Shown piece by piece: positions 9,692 through 20,895 of a DNA stretch of 64,000 bases. The position numbers and the translations under genes are program-made. Origin of the DNA: an uncultured Pseudomonadota bacterium (GTDB lineage Bacteria; Pseudomonadota; Alphaproteobacteria; RF32; CAG-239); assembly GCA_949295995.1 (NCBI GenBank), contig CASFNK010000015.1, forward strand, positions 6,473 to 70,472. The letters are read 5' to 3'. The notes beneath the pieces are model-generated. The model ran no database searches and was not told where the DNA came from. It saw only the letters and a list, made by a program, of their open reading frames with translations. Within the stretch, counting starts at the first letter, position 1, and the number at the start of each line of letters is the position of its first letter.

Positions 9692-10798
9692 ATGAGCAAA
9701 CTCGAGCTGTCAAAAAAGGATATAGAAAGACTTTCTCAAGATTTATCAGTTGAGAATAAGGCTCTGACTGCGCAAAAAGTTTCCGCTTACTATGATGGGA
9801 AAGACATTAGCGAAAAAGGACGCAAGTTAGCGGAAGACATTTTTCGCATTATGGTAGAAGACGTCCAAATTAAGGTTCGCGAAGTTTTATCTGAAAGCCT
9901 AAAAAACTGCAAATCCATTCCTCGAGATATTGTTTTAAAACTTATAAATGATCAGGACAGCGTAGCCATTCCATTTATAAAATATTATGACAATCTGACT
10001 GATGAAGATTTAATTAATATTATTGAAGCCCAAAGCATCAACAAGCAAAAGGCAGTAGCCTTGAGAAAAGGGTTATCAGCAGATGTTTCCCAATATATAG
10101 TCGATAAATGTTCCGAAGATGTTGTTGGTGTCCTAATCACTAATGAAACCGCAAATTTAAGAGAACAAACTTTTAACAGCATTATCAGTAAATATCCCGA
10201 CAGTGAAAACATCAAAAAGAATTTAGTTTACCGCTCAGAACTTCCGACCTCGGTTATTGAAAAGATAGTCAATTCACTTTCGGAAGATTTGCAAAAAAGG
10301 CTAATCATTACCCATAATCTCCCGAACGATATTGCTACGGATATTGTAGAGCAAGTAAAAGAAAAAACCACACTTAAAATTTCGGAAGAATACAGTACCG
10401 ACAAGCAAATTGAAGAATTAGTACATCAACTCTACACCTCAAATCACCTAACCCCGTCATTAGTTGTTCGTTCAATATGTATGGGAGATTTGAAGTTTTT
10501 TGAATATGCTTTAGTTTATTTATCAAACACGCCGCTGTTAGAAGTCAGAAAAATTTTATTTAATTTACAAGTAGATTTTATGATACGCAATTTACTGCGC
10601 AAAGCCTTTATTCCGAAAAGTATGTTTCCTGCAGTATTTAGTGCACTTAATGTCATAAAAGATATCCGTTTTGGGTGTCAAAAGAGTGATAGAGCATCTT
10701 TTGTTCACAAAGTTATAGAAAGAATACTTTCAGTAAATTCCTCATCTGACGAATTGAGTGAAGAGGATGTAAATTATCTGATATCCAAAATAAGTTAA
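9692..10798 (+). CDS. Hypothetical protein (368 aa, helical repeats; DUF2336-like?)
   Basis: Long ORF with coding-like codon usage. No catalytic motif recognised. Confidence 0.55.
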   Translation: MSKLELSKKDIERLSQDLSVENKALTAQKVSAYYDGKDISEKGRKLAEDIFRIMVEDVQIKVREVLSESLKNCKSIPRDIVLKLINDQDSVAIPFIKYYDNLTDEDLINIIEAQSINKQKAVALRKGLSADVSQYIVDKCSEDVVGVLITNETANLREQTFNSIISKYPDSENIKKNLVYRSELPTSVIEKIVNSLSEDLQKRLIITHNLPNDIATDIVEQVKEKTTLKISEEYSTDKQIEELVHQLYTSNHLTPSLVVRSICMGDLKFFEYALVYLSNTPLLEVRKILFNLQVDFMIRNLLRKAFIPKSMFPAVFSALNVIKDIRFGCQKSDRASFVHKVIERILSVNSSSDELSEEDVNYLISKIS

Positions 10799-10860
10799 TT
10801 GATTATTTCTTAACCAATCTTGTATTATAAATAATAAATTCCAACAAAGGAGAAACTTCT

Positions 10861-12543
10861 TTGGCATTAAATAATACAAGAAATTTAAGTGCGATTCTCG
10901 AATTAAATGATTTAATCTTAAATCAAGAAAATTATTCAGACGTCGTAGAAAAAATAATGGACACGGCCGCAGATATTTGTGATGCCGACAGTTATTTTTT
11001 CTACAATGTAAATGATGATAAATTTTTAACCCTCAGCTACAGCGTAAGTAAGAGCTTACGAATTTCACGCAAAGGGTCAGACAATATGGTCTATGCGCCC
11101 ACCATTTTTTTACCTGAGCAAAAGAACAAAGAGCAAAAAACTATTGCTGAAGATTGCTTTTTTACCAAAGGTGTCATTAATCTTAATAATATTTACGCCA
11201 ACACCCAATATGATAACAGTTTTTTTTCGGAATTTGATGAAGACAATGACTATTCAACAGTGTCGATTTTAAGTTTTCCGATAACCACAAGAAAAGACTA
11301 TATCGTCGGCATAGCGCAGTTTATCAACCCGCGAGATGAAAGTGGTCGCACTTTAACCTTTACGCCTGACGTACAAAAATACACCATACTGATTTGCAAT
11401 TTGATAGGTATTTTGCTGGAAAACAAAATGCTTTCCGAATCTTATGGACAATTATTAGAGTCTTTTATAGAAGTATTAGCCCGAGCGATTGATGCCAAAT
11501 CCCCATACACGGGAGCGCATTGTCAAAGAGTTCCGGTTATTGCACGTCTTTTAGCCACAGCGGCCGTACAAACCGACAGCGGTCCATTAAAAGACTTTGA
11601 AATGAGTTCTAACGATTGGTACACTTTACACATTGCCTCATGGTTACACGATTGCGGTAAAGTAACCACACCGGAATACATTGTTGACAAAGCGACAAAA
11701 CTTGAAACGATATACAATCGCATACATGAGATTCGCAATAGATTTGAAATTCTGAGACGAGATGCGCACATAGAATATTTGAAAAAGCGCTTAAAGAACA
11801 CCGACACGCAAGAAAGATTACAGGCAGAATTTGTACACAAGGTTAAGTTACTTGAAAAAGATTATGACTTTGTAGCAAAGTGCAACATTGGCGATAACGA
11901 GCTCACACCCAAAGACATAGCCGAGCTGGAAAGGATATCGCGAATAACATTTATGCGTTATTTCAGCCGCATAAAAGGTATATCTTGGGCTGAAAGGGAC
12001 CACATCTCAGATCTTGAAGCCAGCGACAAACCGGGAGTAGAAACGCTGTTACAAAATCGCCCCGATCATTTGTTTGACAAATACAATCGGGGAGAGCTGT
12101 ACAACTTAGAAATACAGCAAGGCACCATTAACAAAGAAGAGAGAGAAAAGATAAACGAACATATTGTCGTAACGATAGATATGTTAAAAGCACTTCCGTT
12201 CCCCAAAGAGCTTTCGAAAGTTGTTGAATATGCAGGTGCACATCACGAGCGCATTGATGGTAAGGGATATCCCAACGGTTTAACCGGTGCACAAATGTCT
12301 ATTCCGGCCAAGATTATGGCTATTGCAGATATTTTTGAGGCCTTAACCGCCAACGATCGTCCATACAAAGAGCCCAAAAAACTCTCAGAAGTTCTAAGGA
12401 TAATGCAAGAGATGAAAAACAGCGGTCATATTGACCCTGATTTATATAAGGTTTTCATCACCAGTCAAGTTTATATGGACTACGCCGAACAATACATTTC
12501 ACCCGAACAAATTGATGAAATAAATCCAGATGACTACCTTTAA
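10861..12543 (+). CDS. HD-GYP domain phosphohydrolase with N-terminal GAF-like sensor region
   Basis: HD motif (WLHDCGK) and HHERIDGKGYP (GYP) present. TTG start at 10861 has AAGGAG 8 nt upstream. The first in-frame ATG is 32 codons downstream. Confidence 0.75.
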   Translation: MALNNTRNLSAILELNDLILNQENYSDVVEKIMDTAADICDADSYFFYNVNDDKFLTLSYSVSKSLRISRKGSDNMVYAPTIFLPEQKNKEQKTIAEDCFFTKGVINLNNIYANTQYDNSFFSEFDEDNDYSTVSILSFPITTRKDYIVGIAQFINPRDESGRTLTFTPDVQKYTILICNLIGILLENKMLSESYGQLLESFIEVLARAIDAKSPYTGAHCQRVPVIARLLATAAVQTDSGPLKDFEMSSNDWYTLHIASWLHDCGKVTTPEYIVDKATKLETIYNRIHEIRNRFEILRRDAHIEYLKKRLKNTDTQERLQAEFVHKVKLLEKDYDFVAKCNIGDNELTPKDIAELERISRITFMRYFSRIKGISWAERDHISDLEASDKPGVETLLQNRPDHLFDKYNRGELYNLEIQQGTINKEEREKINEHIVVTIDMLKALPFPKELSKVVEYAGAHHERIDGKGYPNGLTGAQMSIPAKIMAIADIFEALTANDRPYKEPKKLSEVLRIMQEMKNSGHIDPDLYKVFITSQVYMDYAEQYISPEQIDEINPDDYL

Positions 12544-12558
12544 CCCAAAGGAATAACC

Positions 12559-13284
12559 ATGAGTAATTTAGAAATAGAACCGATTCTATGTCGTGCCGGA
12601 ACAATGGATAATTATAGTTGGCTCATAACCGATGAGACAAGCAAACAAAGTGCTATCATTGACCCATCAGAAGCCGAGCCTATAATCCAAAAATGCCAAT
12701 CTAAAAACATTCGCCCGCAATATATATTTAATACACATCATCACTACGACCACACCGATGCCAATGAAGAACTTAAAACACTTTATGGAGCAAAAATTGT
12801 CGGCAGCGCACACGACATAAATCGCATTCCCGGAATTGATATCGGTTTAGAAGACAGAGATACATTCAACCTTGGTGATTCGCAAGCCCAAATCATCCGT
12901 GTTGACGGGCACACCATCGGCCACATTTTATGGTATTTTCCTGAAAATAAAGCCTTATTTACCGGCGATACCTTATTTAACTTATGTATTGGAGGGCTTT
13001 TTGAAGGCTCATCAGAGCAAATGTTTCACTCGCTGGAAAAAATAAAAGAACTACCCAATGATGTCAAATTTTATCCGGGACATGAATATACCATTCACGG
13101 CATGGGCTTTGCGCAATACTACAATCCCAATTCGCAAATCTTAAAACAATATATAGAAACAGCCATGCAAAAAATTCGCAACCACCAGCCAGTTGCACCT
13201 ATAACTTTAGGTATTGAAAAACAGTGTAACCCATACCTACAAGCGGTAACACCTCTGGCTTTACAAAAATTATGCAATGAATAG
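12559..13284 (+). CDS. gloB: Hydroxyacylglutathione hydrolase (glyoxalase II)
   Basis: Metallo-beta-lactamase motif THHHYDHTD; 241 aa; AAGGAA RBS. Confidence 0.85.
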   Translation: MSNLEIEPILCRAGTMDNYSWLITDETSKQSAIIDPSEAEPIIQKCQSKNIRPQYIFNTHHHYDHTDANEELKTLYGAKIVGSAHDINRIPGIDIGLEDRDTFNLGDSQAQIIRVDGHTIGHILWYFPENKALFTGDTLFNLCIGGLFEGSSEQMFHSLEKIKELPNDVKFYPGHEYTIHGMGFAQYYNPNSQILKQYIETAMQKIRNHQPVAPITLGIEKQCNPYLQAVTPLALQKLCNE

Positions 13285-13352
13285 AAAAAAATTAGACAAA
13301 ATGATAATTTTATGCTAAAGTAAAATAATAAAACAACAACGAAAGCTAAGTC

Positions 13353-14744
13353 ATGAAAATTTTATCAAAAGCAGAAAGAGATGCCGCCCTCAAAAAACAA
13401 GCAGAAGAAGCTACGCAAAGAGCCAATCAATCTCCGGCAGACGAAAAAAAGAAAACTTTCGCCTTTGAAAAAATAAAAGATTCTCTTCAAAAGATGGGCT
13501 ATGTAATTAAAGATGAAGAAGGCTTAAAAGAAATCATCGGCTCAGATACATCTCTGAAATATGATAAAATAGGCATTTTAGCAGAAAGAGACATTATCTC
13601 ACTTAATGAAGAAGAATTGGATAAAACACCCCCTAAAAGGCCTGTAATTTTTAGCATCAGCGAAGCCGATATTCCAGCCCCGCAAGAGCAACACACACAA
13701 AAATCTAAACCGCAACACAAGCAAGAAGAAGTACAAACTTCTAAACAAGAAACACGTGCCCATATTCATAAAATAGAAGAACAAAAAGAAAAACAATCTA
13801 AAGAACAAACATCAACAAACAAAAGCGGCAAAAAAGAAGAAAACCAACAAACAACAACATCCGAAGAAAGAGAAAGAGAAAGAGACACAGACACACAACA
13901 AGAAAAAGAAAAAGAAAATAAAAAAGAAGAAAAAATAAAATCAGATAAAAAGCCTTCGCCCCAAAAAGAAACGTCTTCTTTTGAGAAAAAATATGCCCAA
14001 TCACTTGAACAATGGTGTCAAAAAAACACAGATAAAAAAACCGGCAAAATCAAAAGAGAAGTAAAAGAGGTTCAACAAACCATAATAAATTCCGAAAAAG
14101 AAACTCAAATAAAAATCGCACCACTTAGCCCCATTGCCGCCAAACGCGGTGATAGTGGCGCTATTTATAAAATCAAAAAAGGCTCAAGACCCAACCAAAC
14201 AGATGTAACATTAGGAAGTTCAGAACCGGGAAAAACCTTAAATTATGACTATTTTTACGCATTGGTAAAAGCAGCACATGATAGCGGTGCCGACACAATC
14301 GAATTTAACAACATTAAGACCCCCGAATTTAGAGATAAGCTCTTAGCAGCAGCACTTCAGTTTAAGATGAAACTCAAAAATCCACCGGGAGCAATTAATT
14401 TAGACGCACCACATTTACAGAGTATTCCACCCGGCTGTCGTCATTATCTTGAACTTCACAATGCAAGTGTAAAAAAAGCGCTTCGTGAAATGGGCAAACA
14501 AATCACTCCCGAAAAGGGTACAAAATTTGGCACTGGTCCCAAGGCTGAAGATCGCACGCATACTGAAAAAGAATTTATAGAAGCCGAAATCGCACAAATA
14601 AAATCCAAAAAAGCCGAGCAGGCACGGATTGCAATGGAACAAAGGTTAAATTCTCCCTCACAGGAAGACTATGACCGGCATCCCGAAAAATACATTAAAT
14701 CTCAAAAAAGAACTTTTTATAAAAAGAAAGAATATTCACACTAA
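13353..14744 (+). CDS. Hypothetical K/E/Q-rich low-complexity protein (463 aa)
   Basis: Long ORF with a central highly charged, disordered region and an in-frame hexanucleotide microsatellite. Terminator hairpin follows. Confidence 0.55.
   Translation: MKILSKAERDAALKKQAEEATQRANQSPADEKKKTFAFEKIKDSLQKMGYVIKDEEGLKEIIGSDTSLKYDKIGILAERDIISLNEEELDKTPPKRPVIFSISEADIPAPQEQHTQKSKPQHKQEEVQTSKQETRAHIHKIEEQKEKQSKEQTSTNKSGKKEENQQTTTSEERERERDTDTQQEKEKENKKEEKIKSDKKPSPQKETSSFEKKYAQSLEQWCQKNTDKKTGKIKREVKEVQQTIINSEKETQIKIAPLSPIAAKRGDSGAIYKIKKGSRPNQTDVTLGSSEPGKTLNYDYFYALVKAAHDSGADTIEFNNIKTPEFRDKLLAAALQFKMKLKNPPGAINLDAPHLQSIPPGCRHYLELHNASVKKALREMGKQITPEKGTKFGTGPKAEDRTHTEKEFIEAEIAQIKSKKAEQARIAMEQRLNSPSQEDYDRHPEKYIKSQKRTFYKKKEYSH
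13865..13896. repeat. In-frame hexanucleotide microsatellite (GAAAGA)x3 then (GACACA)-like
   Basis: gaaagagaaagagaaagagacacagacacaca inside the K/E-rich CDS, encoding ERERERDTDT. Confidence 0.55.
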
Positions 14745-14745
14745 A

Positions 14746-14775
14746 AAAAGTCCGTGTTGCCACGGACTTTTTTCT
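14746..14775 (+). terminator. Intrinsic terminator after the K/E-rich gene (possibly bidirectional)
   Basis: AAAGTCCGTG-TTGC-CACGGACTTT followed by TTTT. Confidence 0.7.
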
Positions 14776-14827
14776 CCTGAAGTTTTGCGATTTTAAGGAG
14801 ACATAATAATATTGAAACTCTTAAAAT

Positions 14828-15169
14828 TTAGCCTTTGAAATCAGTATCCAAGCCAGACTCACTGGTTCCGGTTGCATATTCAACAATTGCACCTGCTGAT
14901 GCTAAAATAGCCAAACCAACTGCAAGACCTGCAAACCAAGACCACTTTACTTTACCGATAATAGCCGAGTAAGCTATACCAATTAAACCGAAACCACCTA
15001 AAATATATGTTATTGTTTTAACGCTACTAAATACATCTTTTACTTTACCTGTAGCATCACTCATAATAGAGCTTCCTGTTGATTGAGCCCAAGCCTCACC
15101 ACCAAAACCCAATGCAATAATCAAAGCCAAACAGCACAAAGTTAAAACATTTTTACGAATAAACCACAT
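14828..15169 (-). CDS. VirB2/TrbC-like pilin-type small membrane protein (113 aa)
   Basis: Long signal peptide ending AWA followed by Q. Two hydrophobic helices are separated by a GKVKWSW loop, then a short polar tail. Strong RBS (GGAGAAAG). Confidence 0.45.
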   Translation of the reverse strand: MWFIRKNVLTLCCLALIIALGFGGEAWAQSTGSSIMSDATGKVKDVFSSVKTITYILGGFGLIGIAYSAIIGKVKWSWFAGLAVGLAILASAGAIVEYATGTSESGLDTDFKG

Positions 15170-15307
15170 TTTCTTTCTCCATAATCAAAAGTTTTTTAAT
15201 AGGATGACAAAATAATCAACCTATATTTAGGTTAGTACAAATTTATAAAAAAAGCACTAAAAATTTTGTGAATTTTTTGTAACAAAAAACTTTTTAATTA
15301 AAAGAGA

Positions 15308-16450
15308 TTAATCTTTACCAATCTGAACATTACGATTGATATGAACTGACATGATAATGCCAAAAGATGCCATAACCGACAACATCACCGTCCCACCGTA
15401 AGAGATAAGCGGCAGAGGAATGCCTACAACCGGAATAAGCCCCAAAACCATGGAAATATTAATAAAGATATACATAAAATAGTTTGTCGCCAATCCGATA
15501 GCGACCAATTTTCCGAAATAACTGGTACTCTTCAAAGCAAAAGAATAGCTGTAAGCCAAAATAAGAAAATTCAAAACAATTACCAAAAGAGCCCCCATCA
15601 TTCCGAATTCTTCGGAAAGCATCGTGAAAATAAAGTCTGTGTGTTTTTCAGGCAAAAAGTTTAAATGGCTTTGTGTTCCTTTTAAAAAACCTTTGCCAAA
15701 AACGCCTCCGGACCCCAAAGCAATTTTAGATTGAATAATATGATATCCGGCCCCTAAAGGATCTCTCTCGGGGTCAAGAAAAGTCAACACGCGATTTTTT
15801 TGATAATCGTGCAAAAAGTGCCACGCCACAGGCATAGAAATCAAACCGGCAACAAACACGGCACCGAACTTCCAAAGTTGCACGCCAACGGCAAAAAAGA
15901 TAGCCCCTGTTGTAAACAAAAGCATCAAGGCCGTACCCAAATCCGGTTGAACGATAATCAAGGCCGCCGGCATCAAAGCCATTAACAAAGGAGGAATAAT
16001 TCCTTTAGTACTTTCAATCGTTTGTAAAGAAGAAGTATGAAAATATCTTGCCAAAACCAAGACCATTGCAATTTTCATCAGTTCAGAGGGTTGTAATTTA
16101 AAAAAACCTAAGTTAATCCATCTTTGCGCCCCCATACCGATATGTCCGGTAATATCCACGGCAATCAATAAAATCAAAGTTCCCACATAAAATAAGTAAG
16201 CATAGCGCATAAGCCAACGAATATCTATCAGTGCCAAAAAAATCATCAGACCAAAACCCATTGCAAAACGAATTAGATGATTAACCGCCCAAGGTTTCCA
16301 GTTTCCGTTAGCCGCCGAATAAAGCATCAAAACACCGATTCCCGCCAACATCACTATTAGTAATAAATAAGAAAAGCTCAAATTGGCTAATTTTTCTCTG
16401 ATAGTCAAACTCTGATTTCTAAAAGTAGTTTCGTATGGTTTATACATCAT
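15308..16450 (-). CDS. rodA: Rod shape-determining protein RodA (SEDS family)
   Basis: 380 aa polytopic FtsW/RodA-like protein. ATGA overlap with mrdA, last gene of the mre operon. Confidence 0.9.
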   Translation of the reverse strand: MMYKPYETTFRNQSLTIREKLANLSFSYLLLIVMLAGIGVLMLYSAANGNWKPWAVNHLIRFAMGFGLMIFLALIDIRWLMRYAYLFYVGTLILLIAVDITGHIGMGAQRWINLGFFKLQPSELMKIAMVLVLARYFHTSSLQTIESTKGIIPPLLMALMPAALIIVQPDLGTALMLLFTTGAIFFAVGVQLWKFGAVFVAGLISMPVAWHFLHDYQKNRVLTFLDPERDPLGAGYHIIQSKIALGSGGVFGKGFLKGTQSHLNFLPEKHTDFIFTMLSEEFGMMGALLVIVLNFLILAYSYSFALKSTSYFGKLVAIGLATNYFMYIFINISMVLGLIPVVGIPLPLISYGGTVMLSVMASFGIIMSVHINRNVQIGKD

Positions 16451-18279
16451 CTTGCAGTCCTTACTTTTTCATTGACCGGATCAAGCATCAAGGTTTCAAG
16501 CAACAATTTACTGGCAATCGGAGCCGCGGCAGAGGCCCCGCCACCGCCATGCTCTACTAAAACAGCGACCGCATAACGAGGATTATCTTGCGGAGCGTAT
16601 GCAATAAACAATCCGTGATCACGATACTTCCAAGGCAACTCATCTTGTTTCAAAACTCTGGTTTGACGTTCTTTCATTGTAATACGTCTGACTTGGGTTG
16701 AGCCTGTTTTGCCGCTCATCATCTGTCCGTTATAATTAAAGTGAGAGCGATAAGCCGTACTCCCAGGAATATTCACAACAGCAAACATACCATCTTTAAT
16801 CAGTTGCAAATTTTTATCTGACACATCAATTTTTCGAATAGCGCTTTTATCTTTCACTTTAGTAAAAGTAGGCTTAACTTCATACCCGCCATTGGCAATT
16901 CTAGCCACCATTGTCGCCAATTGCAAAGGCGTTGTTAGAATATAGCCTTGTCCAATACCTGAAATCACACTTTCACCTTGTTGCCAAGGCTCTCCAAAAC
17001 GACTAAATTTCCATTTTTTATCAGGAATAAGACCAGGTTTTTCATTTTCGAGTCCAACATCAATTCTATTTCCCAGACCAAATCTTCTCGACATATCGGC
17101 AATTTTTTCGATTCCTAATTTAAGCCCCATCTCATAAAAGAAAATATCACAAGAATGAGCCAAAGCCTCAACCACATTGAGGTTTCCATGTCCACCTTTT
17201 TTCCAGTCATGAAAGATATGATTGCCAAGAGTCATCTGACCACTACAATAGACCTGTGTATCAGGTTTAATTATCCCAGCTTCCAACGCTGCCAATGCCA
17301 CGATCACCTTAAAAGTTGACCCTGGAGAATATTGTCCTGAAATTGCCTTGTCGGTTAAGGGATGTTTTTCATCACTAAGCCAAGATTTCCAATCTTTAGA
17401 ACTAACACCTTTAGCCATTAAATTCGGGTCAAACGCCGGCGCGGAGACAAAAGCTAAAATCTCACCGGTATTAACATCTAAGAGGACAGCCGCACCGCTT
17501 TCTTCCCCAAAGAGTTCAAAAGCCTTTTGCTGTAATCTTGAATCAATCGTCAAAGTCAAAGGTTTACCGCTGACACCGTCCGTTTTTTCAATTTCTTTCA
17601 TAATACGCCCGTATGCGTTAACTTCGAGCTTCAGGTTTCCTCCTTTTCCTCTGAGTTCGTCTTCATACTTTTTCTCAATACCTGACTTTCCGATTTTAAA
17701 TCCCGGAACTTGCAACAAAGGATCATCGTCTTGCTTTGCTTCTTTTTCATTCACGGCAGCCACATACCCCAAAATATGAACCATACTCGGTCCGAAAGGA
17801 TATTCTCTGGTTAAACCTTCATCAATATAAATACCGGGCAAATCAGCCGCATTGAGTTGAATTTTCGCCACTTCTTCCCAAGTCAAATTTTCTTTAATTT
17901 TAATCGGTACGAAACTTCTGTTTCGTTTCATTTCTTTTTTAATTTTTTCCTCTTCTTCTTCGGAAAGGGGCATAATTTTTTTGAAAGCATCGAGAGTTTC
18001 TTGAACATTCGGTGTTTGTTCAGCCACAATCAACGCCTGAAAATTTTGTTGATTTGTCGCAATTTCCACACCGTTTCTATCATAAATCACCCCACGAGGA
18101 GGAATCAAAAGACGAGTAGAAATTCGGTTTTCATCGGCCAAAGTTTTATATCTGTCTGCTTGATAAACTTGCAAATAATACAGTCGTCCGGTAATAACCA
18201 ACAACAACAAAAATTTCCCCAAAGCCATAATCAGGGAACGAGTGGTAAGAACTTTTCCTTTATCATTATCGCGGTTCAT
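16447..18279 (-). CDS. mrdA: Penicillin-binding protein 2 (transpeptidase)
   Basis: 610 aa. SGSTFK (SxxK) motif and an N-terminal TM anchor. Confidence 0.92.
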   Translation of the reverse strand: MNRDNDKGKVLTTRSLIMALGKFLLLLVITGRLYYLQVYQADRYKTLADENRISTRLLIPPRGVIYDRNGVEIATNQQNFQALIVAEQTPNVQETLDAFKKIMPLSEEEEEKIKKEMKRNRSFVPIKIKENLTWEEVAKIQLNAADLPGIYIDEGLTREYPFGPSMVHILGYVAAVNEKEAKQDDDPLLQVPGFKIGKSGIEKKYEDELRGKGGNLKLEVNAYGRIMKEIEKTDGVSGKPLTLTIDSRLQQKAFELFGEESGAAVLLDVNTGEILAFVSAPAFDPNLMAKGVSSKDWKSWLSDEKHPLTDKAISGQYSPGSTFKVIVALAALEAGIIKPDTQVYCSGQMTLGNHIFHDWKKGGHGNLNVVEALAHSCDIFFYEMGLKLGIEKIADMSRRFGLGNRIDVGLENEKPGLIPDKKWKFSRFGEPWQQGESVISGIGQGYILTTPLQLATMVARIANGGYEVKPTFTKVKDKSAIRKIDVSDKNLQLIKDGMFAVVNIPGSTAYRSHFNYNGQMMSGKTGSTQVRRITMKERQTRVLKQDELPWKYRDHGLFIAYAPQDNPRYAVAVLVEHGGGGASAAAPIASKLLLETLMLDPVNEKVRTAR

Positions 18280-18281
18280 AT

Positions 18282-18800
18282 TTAGCCCTCATCTTTCATC
18301 AAAGAATTTTGAACAAAGGCATTAACCAGACCGATTACCGGATAACAAGCAATTGTAGCAAAGACGGAAAACATCAATAAAGGAAGCGGCAAAAATTGAC
18401 TATAATACACCGAAACCAAAAGCCAACGCGCCAACATAGTAATTAAGCAAAACAAGGCAAACCCATACCAAGTAACCACAAAGGGTTTAGCATTAAAATA
18501 AGCCGCCAAATTACTAACCAACAAATACATTACCAAAAAAGAAAAAATATTGGAACCAAAGGGAGCCGCCGTAATAATATCAACCACGAATCCCAAAAAA
18601 TACACTGAAAAAAGATTAAAGACATCTGGTCTGTGTAATGTCCAAAAAAACACACACATAAGCCCCATATCGGGTCGTAAATTATTAGCTACTGCACTAT
18701 CCAAAGGAATATAAGAAAACAATACCCACACAACAGACGTCGCAAACGGCAAAAACTTCTGCAAATAAGCAACTAAATTCTCTTGGAATTCTTCACTCAT
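18282..18800 (-). CDS. mreD: Rod shape-determining protein MreD
   Basis: Small polytopic membrane protein between mreC and mrdA. ATG at 18800 is preferred over the TTG at 18815. Confidence 0.75.
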   Translation of the reverse strand: MSEEFQENLVAYLQKFLPFATSVVWVLFSYIPLDSAVANNLRPDMGLMCVFFWTLHRPDVFNLFSVYFLGFVVDIITAAPFGSNIFSFLVMYLLVSNLAAYFNAKPFVVTWYGFALFCLITMLARWLLVSVYYSQFLPLPLLMFSVFATIACYPVIGLVNAFVQNSLMKDEG

Positions 18801-19680
18801 CAGTTTTAGCCTCAATCGTTAAAGAGATATCCTGAGAGTTATCCGTATCGTCAATAATGTTATAATCAACAATTCTGACATACTCAATTCTGTCCAAATT
18901 ACCAAGAACTTTGACTTTAATATCATTTTTATCGACGGAAATAATTTTTCCGACCGGCAAACCTGGAGGAAATACGCCGGCGACACCGGAAGTAACAACT
19001 CTGTCTCCGATTGCCAACTTTGCGTCTAAGGGAACGAACACCAACTTAGGAATAGAAGTATTATCACCCGATAAAATGCCTCTGGCTCTGGTACGTTCAA
19101 CGACCACGGGAATTTTTGAGTTAATATCGGTAATCAAAATAATTTTGGAATACATCTGACCGACTTGCTCAATACGTCCGATAACACCATTTTCACTCAA
19201 GACGACTTGCCCTTTTTTCACATTGGGATTTCCGGCAGTATAAGCAATTAACGAGTGAGAAAAGGCGTTTCCTTCTTCGGCAATCACGCGAGCCGTAACA
19301 AAAGTTGCTTCAGGTGGGGGAGTATAGTTAAGCAATCCGCTCAAGAGCTTATTTTCAATTTCCAAAGCTCTGGCTTTGCCGGTCATCATCACCAATTTTC
19401 TATTTTCATCACGAAGGAGCACATTATCTTCACGAATTTTCTTTAATTCATACACATAATCATAAGCACTGGCTAACAACCTTGCAGGAATGACCAAAAC
19501 ATCAATTAAAGGGCTAACAACATCAGTTGCAACGGAAGAAGTTTTTTCAATAATTACGGTATCGGTTTTATTAATCAGCATCATAGCAAAAGCTGAGATA
19601 AAAAGGATTACGATGGCAAATTTTTTTACCAAGAGTCGGATATTACTCAAATGAATAAATAGGACTTTCCGTCTTTTCAT
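18793..19680 (-). CDS. mreC: Rod shape-determining protein MreC
   Basis: N-terminal TM anchor, coiled coil, and beta-rich C-terminus. Operon context. Confidence 0.85.
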   Translation of the reverse strand: MKRRKVLFIHLSNIRLLVKKFAIVILFISAFAMMLINKTDTVIIEKTSSVATDVVSPLIDVLVIPARLLASAYDYVYELKKIREDNVLLRDENRKLVMMTGKARALEIENKLLSGLLNYTPPPEATFVTARVIAEEGNAFSHSLIAYTAGNPNVKKGQVVLSENGVIGRIEQVGQMYSKIILITDINSKIPVVVERTRARGILSGDNTSIPKLVFVPLDAKLAIGDRVVTSGVAGVFPPGLPVGKIISVDKNDIKVKVLGNLDRIEYVRIVDYNIIDDTDNSQDISLTIEAKTDE

Positions 19681-19783
19681 CGCCTAATCCACATCAAGCC
19701 GTTACCAGAAACGCTTAAGGGGGCAAGTACTTTTAAATTACAAAAAAATCTAAAATCTGCCCCCTAATTATAGCAAAACAAAA

Positions 19784-20866
<1,083 letters not shown>

Positions 20867-20895
20867 TTATAACCCTTTAAGCATTTGTGCAACCC

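Noticed and set aside
13499-14004. Minus-strand ORFs (69-73 aa) with poly-F/L composition
   Set aside because: They are antisense translations of the low-complexity K/E-rich gene, since AAG/GAA reads as CTT/TTC on the other strand.
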